From: Gemmatimonadaceae bacterium
GTDB taxonomy: Bacteria > Gemmatimonadota > Gemmatimonadetes > Gemmatimonadales > Gemmatimonadaceae
Assembly: GCA_035764975.1 (NCBI GenBank)
Contig: DASTYL010000137.1
Coordinates: forward strand, 1 to 43,989
DNA length: 43,989 nucleotides
Reading direction: 5' to 3'
Position numbers and translations under genes: made by a program
The notes under the pieces: generated by a model
Seen by the model: only the letters and a program-made list of their open reading frames with translations
What the model was told of the DNA's origin: nothing
Databases searched by the model: none
Shown here: in pieces, positions 34,964-43,810 of the stretch
Numbering within the stretch: position 1 is the first letter of the stretch
Layout of the letters: every line of letters begins with the position of its first letter

Positions 34964-36145
34964 ATGCTGACTACTGAATCCCTCCCACGCCTCCAGGCGC
35001 TCCTCCGCGAAGCGCACGTCGACGGCTGGCTGCTGTTCGACTTCCACGGGGTGAATCCCATCGCGAGCGGCGTCCTCGCGCTCCAGGGGATGGTCACCCG
35101 GCGGGTATTCGCGTACATCCCCGCCGAAGGCGTGCCGCATGCGCTCACGCATGCGATCGAGCAGGCGCCGTGGAGCCACTGGCCCGCGGAGTGGCAGCGG
35201 GAGCAGTACAGCTCGTGGCGCTCGCTCGAGGCGGCGCTGCGTCGCCTGCTGGAGGGCAAGAAGGTCGCGATGGAGTACTCGCCCGGCGGCGCGATGCCGT
35301 ACCTCGACCGGATTCCGGCGGGTGCACTCGAGATGGTGCGCGCGGCCGGCGCGGAGGTGGTCTCGTCCGGCGAGCTCGTGTCGGGGTTCTTCGCGGTGCT
35401 GAACGCGGAGCAGGTTGCATCGCACGAGCGCGCCGCGGTGATCATCGCGCGCATCGCGCAGGAGGGGTTCACGCGCGCGGCGGAGCGTGCCCGCGGGGGC
35501 ACGCCACTGCACGAGCACGAGCTGCAGCGCTGGATCCTGGATGAATTCGCCCGCGAGGGACTCGAGGTCCCCGACCATGGGCCCGACGTCGCGGTGGGTG
35601 CGAGCGCCGCGAATCCGCACTATGAGCCGTCCGCCGAGCACCCGGTGGAGATCCGCGAAGGGCAGACGGTGCTCATCGATCTCTGGGCCCGCGAGCCAAG
35701 CGGCATCTTCGCGGACCAGACCTGGATGGCCTCGATGGGCGCGCCGTCGGCGCGTGCCCAGGAGGTCTGGCGCGCCATCCGCGATGCGCGCGACGCGGCG
35801 ATCAAGCTGCTCACCGAGCGGGTGGAGCAGGGGCATCCGGTCCGTGGCGGTGAGCTCGATGACGCCGCGCGCGACGTGATCAGCGAGCGCGGCTTCGGCG
35901 AATACTTCACGCACCGCACCGGCCACTCCATCGATCCCCGCAGCCTGCACGGGAGCGGGCCGCACCTCGACAATCTCGAGTCGCGCGAGCAGCGCCTGCT
36001 CATCCCAGGCGTCGCGTTCTCCATCGAGCCCGGCATCTACATCCCCGGCGAGATCGGCATGCGGACCGAGGTCAACGCCGTGGTGCAGGATGGGCGCGTG
36101 CTCATCACGCCGATGGACTACCAGAAGGAGCTGATCGTCCTGTGA
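34964..36145 (+). CDS. M24-family Xaa-Pro aminopeptidase/dipeptidase
   Basis: Creatinase-like N-domain plus pita-bread domain: VLIDLWA, FTHRTGHSID (HxxGHxxG), SIEPGIY and TEVNAVV. Confidence 0.85.
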   Translation: MLTTESLPRLQALLREAHVDGWLLFDFHGVNPIASGVLALQGMVTRRVFAYIPAEGVPHALTHAIEQAPWSHWPAEWQREQYSSWRSLEAALRRLLEGKKVAMEYSPGGAMPYLDRIPAGALEMVRAAGAEVVSSGELVSGFFAVLNAEQVASHERAAVIIARIAQEGFTRAAERARGGTPLHEHELQRWILDEFAREGLEVPDHGPDVAVGASAANPHYEPSAEHPVEIREGQTVLIDLWAREPSGIFADQTWMASMGAPSARAQEVWRAIRDARDAAIKLLTERVEQGHPVRGGELDDAARDVISERGFGEYFTHRTGHSIDPRSLHGSGPHLDNLESREQRLLIPGVAFSIEPGIYIPGEIGMRTEVNAVVQDGRVLITPMDYQKELIVL

Positions 36146-36164
36146 GCCGCGCGGGGCGGATGGC

Positions 36165-36950
36165 GTGCCCCGCGTGACGCCGCAGGCCCGGCCGGACGAG
36201 CTTCTGGATGATCCCGCGCGGCGTGACGCCTACGTCGCGGGGATTTTCGACCTCATCGCGCCGCGCTACGACCGCTTCACCCGCTGGTTCTCGTACGGGA
36301 TGGACGCGGCGTGGAAGCGCGAGATCCGCGGCGTGATCGCGTCCGAGCTGCGCGCCGCCGGTGCGCCTGACCCGGTCGTCGTGGACCTCGCGACGGGCAC
36401 GGGGGATCTCGCGCTCGGAGCACACCAGCTCGCGCCGCGGGGCATCGTCGTCGGTCTCGACGTGTCGATGCCGATGCTCGCGCGTGCAGCGCGCCGCGCG
36501 AGGCAGGAGAGCGCTGGCTCCGCGCACGAACCGTCGGGGCTTCACTTCGCCGGCGCCGACATGATGCGCCTGCCGCTGCGCGACGGATCGGCCCGACTCG
36601 TCACCGCCGGGTATGGCGTGCGCAATGCCCCTCGCCTCGACGGCGCACTGGACGAGATCGTCCGCGTGCTCGCGCCGGGCGGCACGCTCGTCACCCTCGA
36701 TTTCTTCCTGCCCGCGAACCCGGTGTGGCGCCGCCTGTTCCTGGGCTACCTTGCGGTGGCGGGCTGGATCTATGGTGCGCTGTGGCATGGCCGGCCGGAC
36801 GCCTACGTCTACATCCCCCGGTCCATCCGGCGCTTCGGGACCGCCGCGGCCTATGAACGCGCGCTGCGCGAGCGCGGCCTCCGGATGCTCGAGTCGAGAT
36901 CCAGGCTTTTCGGCGGGGTGATGATCCACGTCGCGCGGAAGCCGGCATAG
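36165..36950 (+). CDS. ubiE: UbiE/MenG-family (demethylmenaquinone/ubiquinone) C-methyltransferase
   Basis: IAPRYDRFTRWFSYGMDAAWKR parallels [22 protein letters not shown]. Also VDLATGTGDL, GYGVRNAPRLDGALDEIVRVLAPGG and YIPRSIRRF. GTG start. Confidence 0.75.
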   Translation: MPRVTPQARPDELLDDPARRDAYVAGIFDLIAPRYDRFTRWFSYGMDAAWKREIRGVIASELRAAGAPDPVVVDLATGTGDLALGAHQLAPRGIVVGLDVSMPMLARAARRARQESAGSAHEPSGLHFAGADMMRLPLRDGSARLVTAGYGVRNAPRLDGALDEIVRVLAPGGTLVTLDFFLPANPVWRRLFLGYLAVAGWIYGALWHGRPDAYVYIPRSIRRFGTAAAYERALRERGLRMLESRSRLFGGVMIHVARKPA

Positions 36951-37059
36951 CGTGGTGCCGCGCGGTGGACGAACGTTTGCATTGGCGCAGCCCTTGCCGC
37001 CTGCATCCGATTGCAGTCATGATGGTCCCACGCTCCTGCTTCGCCCCGAACCCGTCCTG

Positions 37060-37800
37060 ATGCCCCATTCGCGCCGCCACGTCACGCTGTGGACCTGCCT
37101 CGCACTCGTCGCCTGCACCGGTGCCGGCTCCGAAGGCAGCAAGACCGTCGACTCGGCGGATGGCGAGCTGGATGTCCCGCGGCGCAAGGCCCCGCCGTAC
37201 CAGGTCGCCCCGGTCTCATCGTCCGGCTCCATCACCGGGACGGTGACGCTGCCCGCGCCGGCAGCCGCACCGACCTCCGGCCCCTGTGCGGGCAAGGCGC
37301 CCGCATCGTCCGGGGTGGTCGTATATCTCGAGGACATCGCACGCGGGCGTGCGCCGGATGCGGCCCGGCCGCGCCGCTACGCGCTCGAGGCGGACGACTG
37401 CACGCTCTCGCCGGCCGTGAGCATCGTCGCCGCCGGAGGCACGCTCAACGTCAGCAACGGCCTTCGCGCCGTCCACCACGTGGCGTTCACCTACGAGGGA
37501 ATGAAGACGCCGCTGGTGAGCGTGCCCTTCAGCGACCCCGGCCAGCTCGTCCCGTCGGAGAAGGTGCTCTCGGTGCCCGGGCTCGTCGATGTGCGCAGCG
37601 ACCTCGACCCTGCGCTCCGCGCACGGCTCGTCGTGGTGGAACACCCGTACGCCGTCGAGGCGACGAACGGTAAATTTCTGTTGGACTCCGTTCCGCCCGG
37701 GACGTATACATTGGTCGCTGTCGGCGCGACCGGGCGTGCGGAGACGAAGGTCGAAGTCCGAGCGGGCGCGGCTACGCCCGTCACGCTGCAGCTGCAGTAG
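37060..37800 (+). CDS. lipoprotein, beta-rich (carboxypeptidase-regulatory/cupredoxin-like C-terminus)
   Basis: In frame with ORF 36952..37800, starting at the ATG at 37060. Lipobox LALVAC. C-terminal FLLDSVPPGTYTLVAVG resembles CarboxypepD_reg-like folds. Confidence 0.6.
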   Translation: MPHSRRHVTLWTCLALVACTGAGSEGSKTVDSADGELDVPRRKAPPYQVAPVSSSGSITGTVTLPAPAAAPTSGPCAGKAPASSGVVVYLEDIARGRAPDAARPRRYALEADDCTLSPAVSIVAAGGTLNVSNGLRAVHHVAFTYEGMKTPLVSVPFSDPGQLVPSEKVLSVPGLVDVRSDLDPALRARLVVVEHPYAVEATNGKFLLDSVPPGTYTLVAVGATGRAETKVEVRAGAATPVTLQLQ

Positions 37801-37859
37801 CGGTACAAGCAATCCACGAGCTGCTGGCTACTGGCGGCTCACCCACAGGGAGGTGTCCT

Positions 37860-38315
37860 GTGCGAAGGTGGATGATGATGCTCGTCGCCGCGCTCGTCGC
37901 GGCGAGCCCGGCAGCGGGCCAGTCGCCGGATGATCTTGCAGCAATCGAGATCGCGGCTGCCAGGCGTGCGCTCAGCGGCAGCAACATCGCGCGGAGCATG
38001 ATCCGCGTGGATCCCGCGTTCGCCGAGGCCCGCGTCGCGCCCGGTGCGGCGACGGGGAGCACCCGCCCCGCTGCGCGAACCGCCGCGATCCAGGAAGCGG
38101 TGACGGTGCCGTCGACCTACCGGCGGCCGTACGGCGAGACGCTGCTCCTGATGTCCGATCCGCAGGTCAGCGGTGACGACGCCCAGGTCACGGCCACCGT
38201 CTTTCGCGTGTCGCAGTCGGGGCGGCGCAACTACCTCACGCTCCAGATCACGCTGAAGCGCGGGGAACGCGGATGGGCCGTCGTGTCGTGCGACCGGCTC
38301 GGCGGCGGCGAGTGA
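37860..38315 (+). CDS. hypothetical secreted protein
   Basis: GTG start preceded by GGGAGG. Signal peptide MRRWMMMLVAALVAASPAAGQ. Confidence 0.5.
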   Translation: MRRWMMMLVAALVAASPAAGQSPDDLAAIEIAAARRALSGSNIARSMIRVDPAFAEARVAPGAATGSTRPAARTAAIQEAVTVPSTYRRPYGETLLLMSDPQVSGDDAQVTATVFRVSQSGRRNYLTLQITLKRGERGWAVVSCDRLGGGE

Positions 38316-38332
38316 TCGCGCCGCGCGGGCCG

Positions 38333-40117
38333 TCAGGTGGCGACGAGCTGGTTCCGGTACAGCCGCGCGTAGAGGCCTGACTGCGCCAGCAGCTCGTCGT
38401 GCGTGCCGACCTCGACGATGCGGCCGCGCTCGAGCACGACGACCCGATCCGCGCGCCGGACGGTGCTCAGCCGGTGCGCGATGATGAGCGTGGAGCGGCC
38501 GCGCAGCAGCTCCTGCATCGCTTCCTCGACGAGGCGCTCGCTCTCGGTGTCGAGGCTCGATGTCGCTTCGTCGAGCAGGACCACGGCAGGGTCCTTCACG
38601 AACACGCGCGCGATGGCGAGCCGCTGCCGCTGGCCGCCGGACAGCTTCACGCCGCGCTCGCCGACCGGGGTCTCGAACCCCTTCGGGAGCCGCTCGATGA
38701 ACTCCGTCGCGTGGGCGGCGCGCGCCGCTGCCTCTACGTCCGCATCGGTCGCGCCCTCGCGGCCGAACGCGATGTTCTCGCGCACCGTGCCGCTGAAGAG
38801 CGCAGGCTCCTGCGGCACGATGCCGATGGAGCCACGGAGGTCGGCGAACGACAGCTCCCGCACGTCCAGGCCGTCGAGCGTGATGCGGCCTGACGTCACG
38901 TCCCAGAATCGCGGGATGAGCGACGCGATCGTCGTCTTGCCCGCTCCCGACGGGCCCACCAGCGCGACGATCTCGCCGGGGGCGATCGTCAGCGAGACAT
39001 CCTCCAGGACTTCCGGCAGCTCGGGGCGGTAGCGGAAGCCGACGCGGTCGAGCGCGACGGCGCCGCGCGCGGCACCGCGGGCGCCGCCGCGGGGCAGGGG
39101 GGTCGGTCGCGCCGGCTCCGCGATCTCCGGCTGCGTCTCCAGCAGCTCGAAGACGCGCTGTGCAGCGCCGACCGCCTCCTGGTAGCTGCCGAAGAGCGAC
39201 GCGAGCGCGCCCACCGCCGCGGCCACGGTCAGCGCATAGAGCAGGAAGGCGACGAGCGCGCCCGGGGTGAGCAGGCCGTCGAGCACGAGCTGTCCGCCCT
39301 GCCAGAGCACCGCCACGACGCCGGCAAAGGCGACGAAGCCGACGATGCCGAAGAAGGCCGCACGCAGCAGCGCGCGATGGACCGCCGCGTCCACCACGCC
39401 GCGCAGGAGCCCGCGCACGCGCTGCGTCTCGTACTGCTCGCGCACGAAGCTCTGGACGGTGCGGATCTGCGAGAACGCCTCGTCGGCCGTGCCCATCGCC
39501 TCGGCGACCCGGTCCTGCACGCCGGTGCTCGCGTGGCGCAGCCGCCGGCCGAACACGACGGCGGCGCCCACGACGATGGGCGCAACCGCGAGCGTGGTGA
39601 CGGCGAGGCGCGGGTGCGTGAGGGTCAGCAGCACGATGCCGCCGACGAGGAACACCGACTGGCGCGACAGCTCCGAGATCCAGGTGCTCAGCAGCGACTG
39701 GAGCGTCGCCAGGTCGGCGGAGAACCGGCTCGTCAGCTCACCGGTGCGGCGCTCGGTATAGAAGCCGGGGGACAGGCGGACGAGATGCGCGAACAGGTCC
39801 TCGCGCAGCCCCGCGACGACCCGCTCGGCGGTGCTCGTCAGCAGGTACACCTGGATGAAGTTCATCAGCCCCTGGAAGGCGAACAGCCCCACCAGGAGGA
39901 GTGCGACCGAGTCGAGGCGCGAGCGGCTGCGCGATTCGAAGGCCGCGTCGAGCATCCGCTGCACGACCTGCGGAAACGCCAGCGTGACCGCCGCGGCGAG
40001 GAGCAGGCAGACCGCGGAGACGACCAGGCGGCCCGAGAAGGGCCGCAGGCGCGGCACGAGCCGCGCGAGAGCCCCGGGGGATGGAACGCGACGCGTGCGA
40101 GGCGAGGCGGCGCTCAC
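38333..40117 (-). CDS. ABC exporter, fused permease plus ATPase (MsbA/type-I exporter architecture)
   Basis: From ORF 38333..40348, with the start moved to the GTG at 40117, which overlaps the ctaB TGA (GTGA). Six-helix TMD, Walker A GPSGAGKTT, signature LSGGQRQR, Walker B VVLLDEATS. Confidence 0.9.
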   Translation of the reverse strand: MSAASPRTRRVPSPGALARLVPRLRPFSGRLVVSAVCLLLAAAVTLAFPQVVQRMLDAAFESRSRSRLDSVALLLVGLFAFQGLMNFIQVYLLTSTAERVVAGLREDLFAHLVRLSPGFYTERRTGELTSRFSADLATLQSLLSTWISELSRQSVFLVGGIVLLTLTHPRLAVTTLAVAPIVVGAAVVFGRRLRHASTGVQDRVAEAMGTADEAFSQIRTVQSFVREQYETQRVRGLLRGVVDAAVHRALLRAAFFGIVGFVAFAGVVAVLWQGGQLVLDGLLTPGALVAFLLYALTVAAAVGALASLFGSYQEAVGAAQRVFELLETQPEIAEPARPTPLPRGGARGAARGAVALDRVGFRYRPELPEVLEDVSLTIAPGEIVALVGPSGAGKTTIASLIPRFWDVTSGRITLDGLDVRELSFADLRGSIGIVPQEPALFSGTVRENIAFGREGATDADVEAAARAAHATEFIERLPKGFETPVGERGVKLSGGQRQRLAIARVFVKDPAVVLLDEATSSLDTESERLVEEAMQELLRGRSTLIIAHRLSTVRRADRVVVLERGRIVEVGTHDELLAQSGLYARLYRNQLVAT

Positions 40118-41013
40118 CGGGCGAGGCCGCGATCCACCGCCATCGCGGTGAACAGCAGGGCGAGATACAGCAGCGAGAACTTGTACGTGCCCCAGGCGTG
40201 CTTCGGCCAGTCGGCGGACCGCGCGACGCGCAGCACCCCCGCGGTGAACGCGACGTTCAGCGCCACGGCGGCGACGAGGTACACCACGCCGAGCGCGCCG
40301 TAGAGGACGGGGAGCAGCGTGAGCGGCACCAGGATCGCCGTGTACCACAGCATCTGCCGCATCGTCTCCTTCTCACCCCACACGAGGGGCGCCATCGGCA
40401 CCCCGGCGCGCCCGTAGTCGGTCTGCTTGAGCAGCGCGAGCGCCCAGAAGTGCGGCGGAGTCCAGTAGAAGATGATGAGGAAGAGGTACCACGCCGTGAG
40501 GTCGAGCGAGCCGGTGACGGCGGCCCATCCCACCAGCGGGGGAAAGGCGCCGGCGGCGCCGCCGATCACGATGTTCTGCGGCGTGGAGCGCTTGAGCCAG
40601 CGCGTGTAGATGAAGACGTAGAAGTAGAAGCCGGCCAGGGCCAGCGCCGCCGTCAGCACGTTGGCCGCGCGCGCGAGCAGGTACGTCGCGGCCGTGGCGA
40701 TCAGCACGCCGAACGCGAGCACCTGCTGCGGCGTCATCCGCCCCGCGGGGATCGGCCGCAGCCGCGTGCGCGCCATGACGTCGTCGATGTCGCGGTCGAT
40801 GTACATGTTGACCGCGTTGGCGCCCCCCGCCATCAGGTATCCGCCGACGAACACCGCGAGCACGAGCTCCCACGACGGGGACCCGGCCACGTACATCGGC
40901 ATGATCGTCGTGACGAGCAGCAGCGAGATGATGCGGGGCTTCGTGAGCGCCAGGAAGTCCAGCGCCATCAGCCGCGCGCGTGCCGCGGAGTCGAGGCGGG
41001 CGGGTGTGGTCAC
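40114..41013 (-). CDS. ctaB: protoheme IX farnesyltransferase (heme O synthase)
   Basis: UbiA-fold protein. LTKPRIISLL, NMYIDRDIDDVMARTRLRPIP and YWTPPHFWALAL. Confidence 0.9.
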   Translation of the reverse strand: MTTPARLDSAARARLMALDFLALTKPRIISLLLVTTIMPMYVAGSPSWELVLAVFVGGYLMAGGANAVNMYIDRDIDDVMARTRLRPIPAGRMTPQQVLAFGVLIATAATYLLARAANVLTAALALAGFYFYVFIYTRWLKRSTPQNIVIGGAAGAFPPLVGWAAVTGSLDLTAWYLFLIIFYWTPPHFWALALLKQTDYGRAGVPMAPLVWGEKETMRQMLWYTAILVPLTLLPVLYGALGVVYLVAAVALNVAFTAGVLRVARSADWPKHAWGTYKFSLLYLALLFTAMAVDRGLAR

Positions 41014-41981
41014 GCCGGGGCCTGCTCGCGCAGCGCGGCGAGCGGCACCCGGTCAGGCGTCTCCGCCGGCGCGACAGCCGTGCGCGATGCCGTCCGCGCG
41101 AGATACCAGAACACGAAAGTCGCAATCCATACCAGCACGCCCATCCCCTGATGCAGCGACCGCGGGAGCGGCGGCAGCCGCATGCCGATCATCGCGCCCG
41201 CGATGAGGAGCTGCGTGAACACCGCCCCGAACGCGACCCACGCCGCCGTCTGCACCGTGCGGTTCTCGCCGCGCCGGCGCACGATGATCGCCAGCGCCAG
41301 CAGGTGGAAGAACAGCACGAAGGCGAACGTCCGATGGGTGAGCTGGATGTGCGTGGCGCCCGCGGGGGCGGCGGGATTCTCGCCGCAGAGCGGGAAGTTC
41401 GGGCAGGCCACGGCGCCGTACGGCACCTTGGCGGTGAGCCCGCCGAAGGCGATCACGACCAGCGCCACCGCGACCGCCGCCAGGGCGCCGCGGGCGGTCC
41501 TGGTGGACGCCCCACCCAGCGCCGCCCCGGGGCCTCCGAGCCCGCCCGCGCGGATCACCGCCACGGCGAGGAGCGCGAACAGCCCGGCCGCGAGCACCCA
41601 GTGCGCCACCGTGGCACTCGGCGGATTGCCCATGAAGACCGTCAGCGCGCCGAAGAGCGCGGTCGTCGTGACGACGACGAGGGACGCGACCGCGGCGCGC
41701 AGCACGCCGCCCGGGCCGCCGACGCCCGGCTCGCGTCGCCGCATCCACGCGCTCACCACGAACGCGGTGATCGCGAGGATCAGGAAGGACGCGAGATACC
41801 GGTGCGAGACCTCGATGATGAGGTCCATGCGGTTCATCGGCGGGAACCAGTAGCCGTGGCACTTCGGCCAGTGGTCGCCGCAGCCCATGCCGGAGCCGCT
41901 GATACGGACGATGCCGCCGAACACGAGGTGGGCGAACGCGATCAGCAGCGTCGCGTACCCGAGACCACGAAGCCGGGTCAT
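41010..41981 (-). CDS. ctaA: heme A synthase (COX15/CtaA)
   Basis: GGIVRISGSGMGCGDHWPKCHGYWFP and EVSHRY match the CtaA N-terminal Cys/His motifs. 8 TM helices. 4-nt overlap with ctaB. Confidence 0.85.
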   Translation of the reverse strand: MTRLRGLGYATLLIAFAHLVFGGIVRISGSGMGCGDHWPKCHGYWFPPMNRMDLIIEVSHRYLASFLILAITAFVVSAWMRRREPGVGGPGGVLRAAVASLVVVTTTALFGALTVFMGNPPSATVAHWVLAAGLFALLAVAVIRAGGLGGPGAALGGASTRTARGALAAVAVALVVIAFGGLTAKVPYGAVACPNFPLCGENPAAPAGATHIQLTHRTFAFVLFFHLLALAIIVRRRGENRTVQTAAWVAFGAVFTQLLIAGAMIGMRLPPLPRSLHQGMGVLVWIATFVFWYLARTASRTAVAPAETPDRVPLAALREQAPA

Positions 41982-41991
41982 GGAGACTTCT

Positions 41992-42180
41992 CTAGGGGTG
42001 CAGGCGGCGCCACGTCAGGAAGAACAGGGCGCCGAGCGCGAACGCGGGAAGGATGGCCCAGGCGAGCTCGATGGCCCGCCGCCGGGGCGATGTCACGACG
42101 GACCGCACGATCGCGACCTGCGCCTCCGCACAACTCGCGACGGCGGCCCAGAACACCGCGTCGGCCAGGGAAATTCTCAT
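41992..42180 (-). CDS. 62-aa two-helix membrane miniprotein resembling the N-terminal TM hairpin of cytochrome oxidase subunit II
   Basis: C-terminal part of ORF 41992..42408, starting at the ATG at 42180. RRRAIELAWAILPAFALGALFFLTW resembles the COX2 helix-2 pattern (..lE..WT.iP..il...a..s). It ends 10 nt before ctaA. Confidence 0.4.
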   Translation of the reverse strand: MRISLADAVFWAAVASCAEAQVAIVRSVVTSPRRRAIELAWAILPAFALGALFFLTWRRLHP

Positions 42181-42238
42181 AGCAGGTGAAAGCTCGCGGG
42201 GTGGCGCGACCCGGTCAACCGGCGTAGCATTGCCGCCC

Positions 42239-43663
42239 ATGTCAGCTCCCGCCACCGGCGCCGCCTCGAGCGCCCCCGCCAACGCCTCCGCCAGCGGCGC
42301 CCCGGCGCCCCACGATGCACTGCCGCGCCGCATCGGTCTCTGGACCGCCGTGGCCATCGTGGTCGGCACCACCATCGGCAGCGGCATCTTCCGCTCGCCG
42401 GCGGGCATCGCCGATCGCCTCCCCGGGCCCCTCCCGATGATGGCGATCTGGGTGCTCGGCGGGCTGCTCGCCCTCTGCGGCGCCCTGACGATCGCCGAAG
42501 TCGGCGGCGCCTATCCGGCCACCGGCGGCATCTACGCCTACATCCGCGAGGGATGGGGGCGGCTGCCCGCGTTCCTGTATGGGTGGACGGAGCTGATCCT
42601 CGTCCGCGCCGCGTCCCTGGGCGCGATCGCGATCACCTTCGCCGAGTACACCATCCGGGTGCTCGGCATCGATCCTACGGTCGAGCCCTATGCCTCGTAC
42701 GCCCGCTACACCGCGGCCGTGGCCATCGCGCTCGTGGGCTCGGTCAACATCGTGGGCGTGTCCTGGGGCTCGCTCGTCCAGAACGTCACCTCGGTCGCGA
42801 AGTACTTCGGCCTCGCGCTCATCGTCGTGATCGCGCTCGCGATCGGGCTGCCGGAGACGGGCGGCGCGAACTTCACCCCGGCGGTGCCGGCGGGCAGCTT
42901 CACGATGGGGGCGTTCGGCCTCGCGCTGGTCAGCGTCCTCTGGGCGTACGACGGCTGGTCGAACCTGAGCTACATCGGCGGCGAGGTGATGGACCCGCGG
43001 CGCAACATTCCGCGGGCGCTCATCATCGGCATGACGGCGATCATCGCCATCTACCTGCTCGCGAACATCGGCTATCTCTCGGTGCTCACGATCGAGGAGA
43101 TGCGGACGTCGCGCCTGGTCGCCGCCGACGTCGCGCAGCGGCTGGTCGGCTATCCCGGCGTCGCCTTCGTCGCCGTGACGGTGATGCTCTCGACGTTCGG
43201 CACGCTGAACGGCTCGATCATGACGTCGCCCCGGATCTTCTACGCGATGGCCGACGACCGCCTGCTCTTCAAGGGGATCGCGAAGGTGCATCCGCGCTTC
43301 CAGACCCCGTGGGTCGCCATCGGCATCGCGATGGTGCTCGGCATCGCGTTCGTGCTGTCCCGGTCGTTCGAGCAGCTTGCCGACACCTTCGTCACCGCGA
43401 TCATCCCGTTCTACGCGATGGCGGTGGCGGCGGTGTACGTGCTCAGGAAGAGGGCAGGCTACAACCCGTCATTCCGGACGCCAGGGTATCCGGTGGTCCC
43501 CGCGCTGTTCATCCTGTCGGTGATCTACCTGCTCGCCAACGCGCTGATCGACGAACGCTCGCGAATGGGAACGGCCGCGGTGCTCGGCGTCATCCTGGTC
43601 GGGGTCCCGGTGTACTATCTCACGGTGGGCCGCCGGAAGTTCCGACCAGAGCCCAGAGACTAG
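42239..43663 (+). CDS. APC-superfamily amino acid permease
   Basis: In frame with ORF 42053..43663, starting at the ATG at 42239. LWTAVAIVVGTTIGSGIFRSPAGIA is typical. 12 TM helices. The last six codons and the stop lie inside repeat family X. Confidence 0.85.
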   Translation: MSAPATGAASSAPANASASGAPAPHDALPRRIGLWTAVAIVVGTTIGSGIFRSPAGIADRLPGPLPMMAIWVLGGLLALCGALTIAEVGGAYPATGGIYAYIREGWGRLPAFLYGWTELILVRAASLGAIAITFAEYTIRVLGIDPTVEPYASYARYTAAVAIALVGSVNIVGVSWGSLVQNVTSVAKYFGLALIVVIALAIGLPETGGANFTPAVPAGSFTMGAFGLALVSVLWAYDGWSNLSYIGGEVMDPRRNIPRALIIGMTAIIAIYLLANIGYLSVLTIEEMRTSRLVAADVAQRLVGYPGVAFVAVTVMLSTFGTLNGSIMTSPRIFYAMADDRLLFKGIAKVHPRFQTPWVAIGIAMVLGIAFVLSRSFEQLADTFVTAIIPFYAMAVAAVYVLRKRAGYNPSFRTPGYPVVPALFILSVIYLLANALIDERSRMGTAAVLGVILVGVPVYYLTVGRRKFRPEPRD

Positions 43664-43800
43664 AGCCCAGAGCCAATCCGGCTGTGCGACCAGTCACTAG
43701 CTGAAGTCTGTAGCAACCGCAGACCTCGGCCAGTCTCACAGCTCAAGGCTCTTGGCTCTGGGCTTCAGGCTCTGGCTCTTCCTGGTGCGCTTCGCGCACG
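43644..43800 (+). repeat. dispersed repeat family X, copy 1 (starts inside the permease 3' end)
   Basis: GACCAGAGCCCAGAGACTAGAGCCCAGAGCC ... CAGACCTCGGCCAGTCTCACAGCTCAAGGCTCTTGGCTCTGGGCTTCAGGCTCTGGCTCTTCCTGGTGCGCTTCGCGCACG. The 5' CCAGAGC heptads are complementary to the 3' GCTCTGG heptads. Confidence 0.8.
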
Positions 43801-43810
43801 ACAGACGAAA

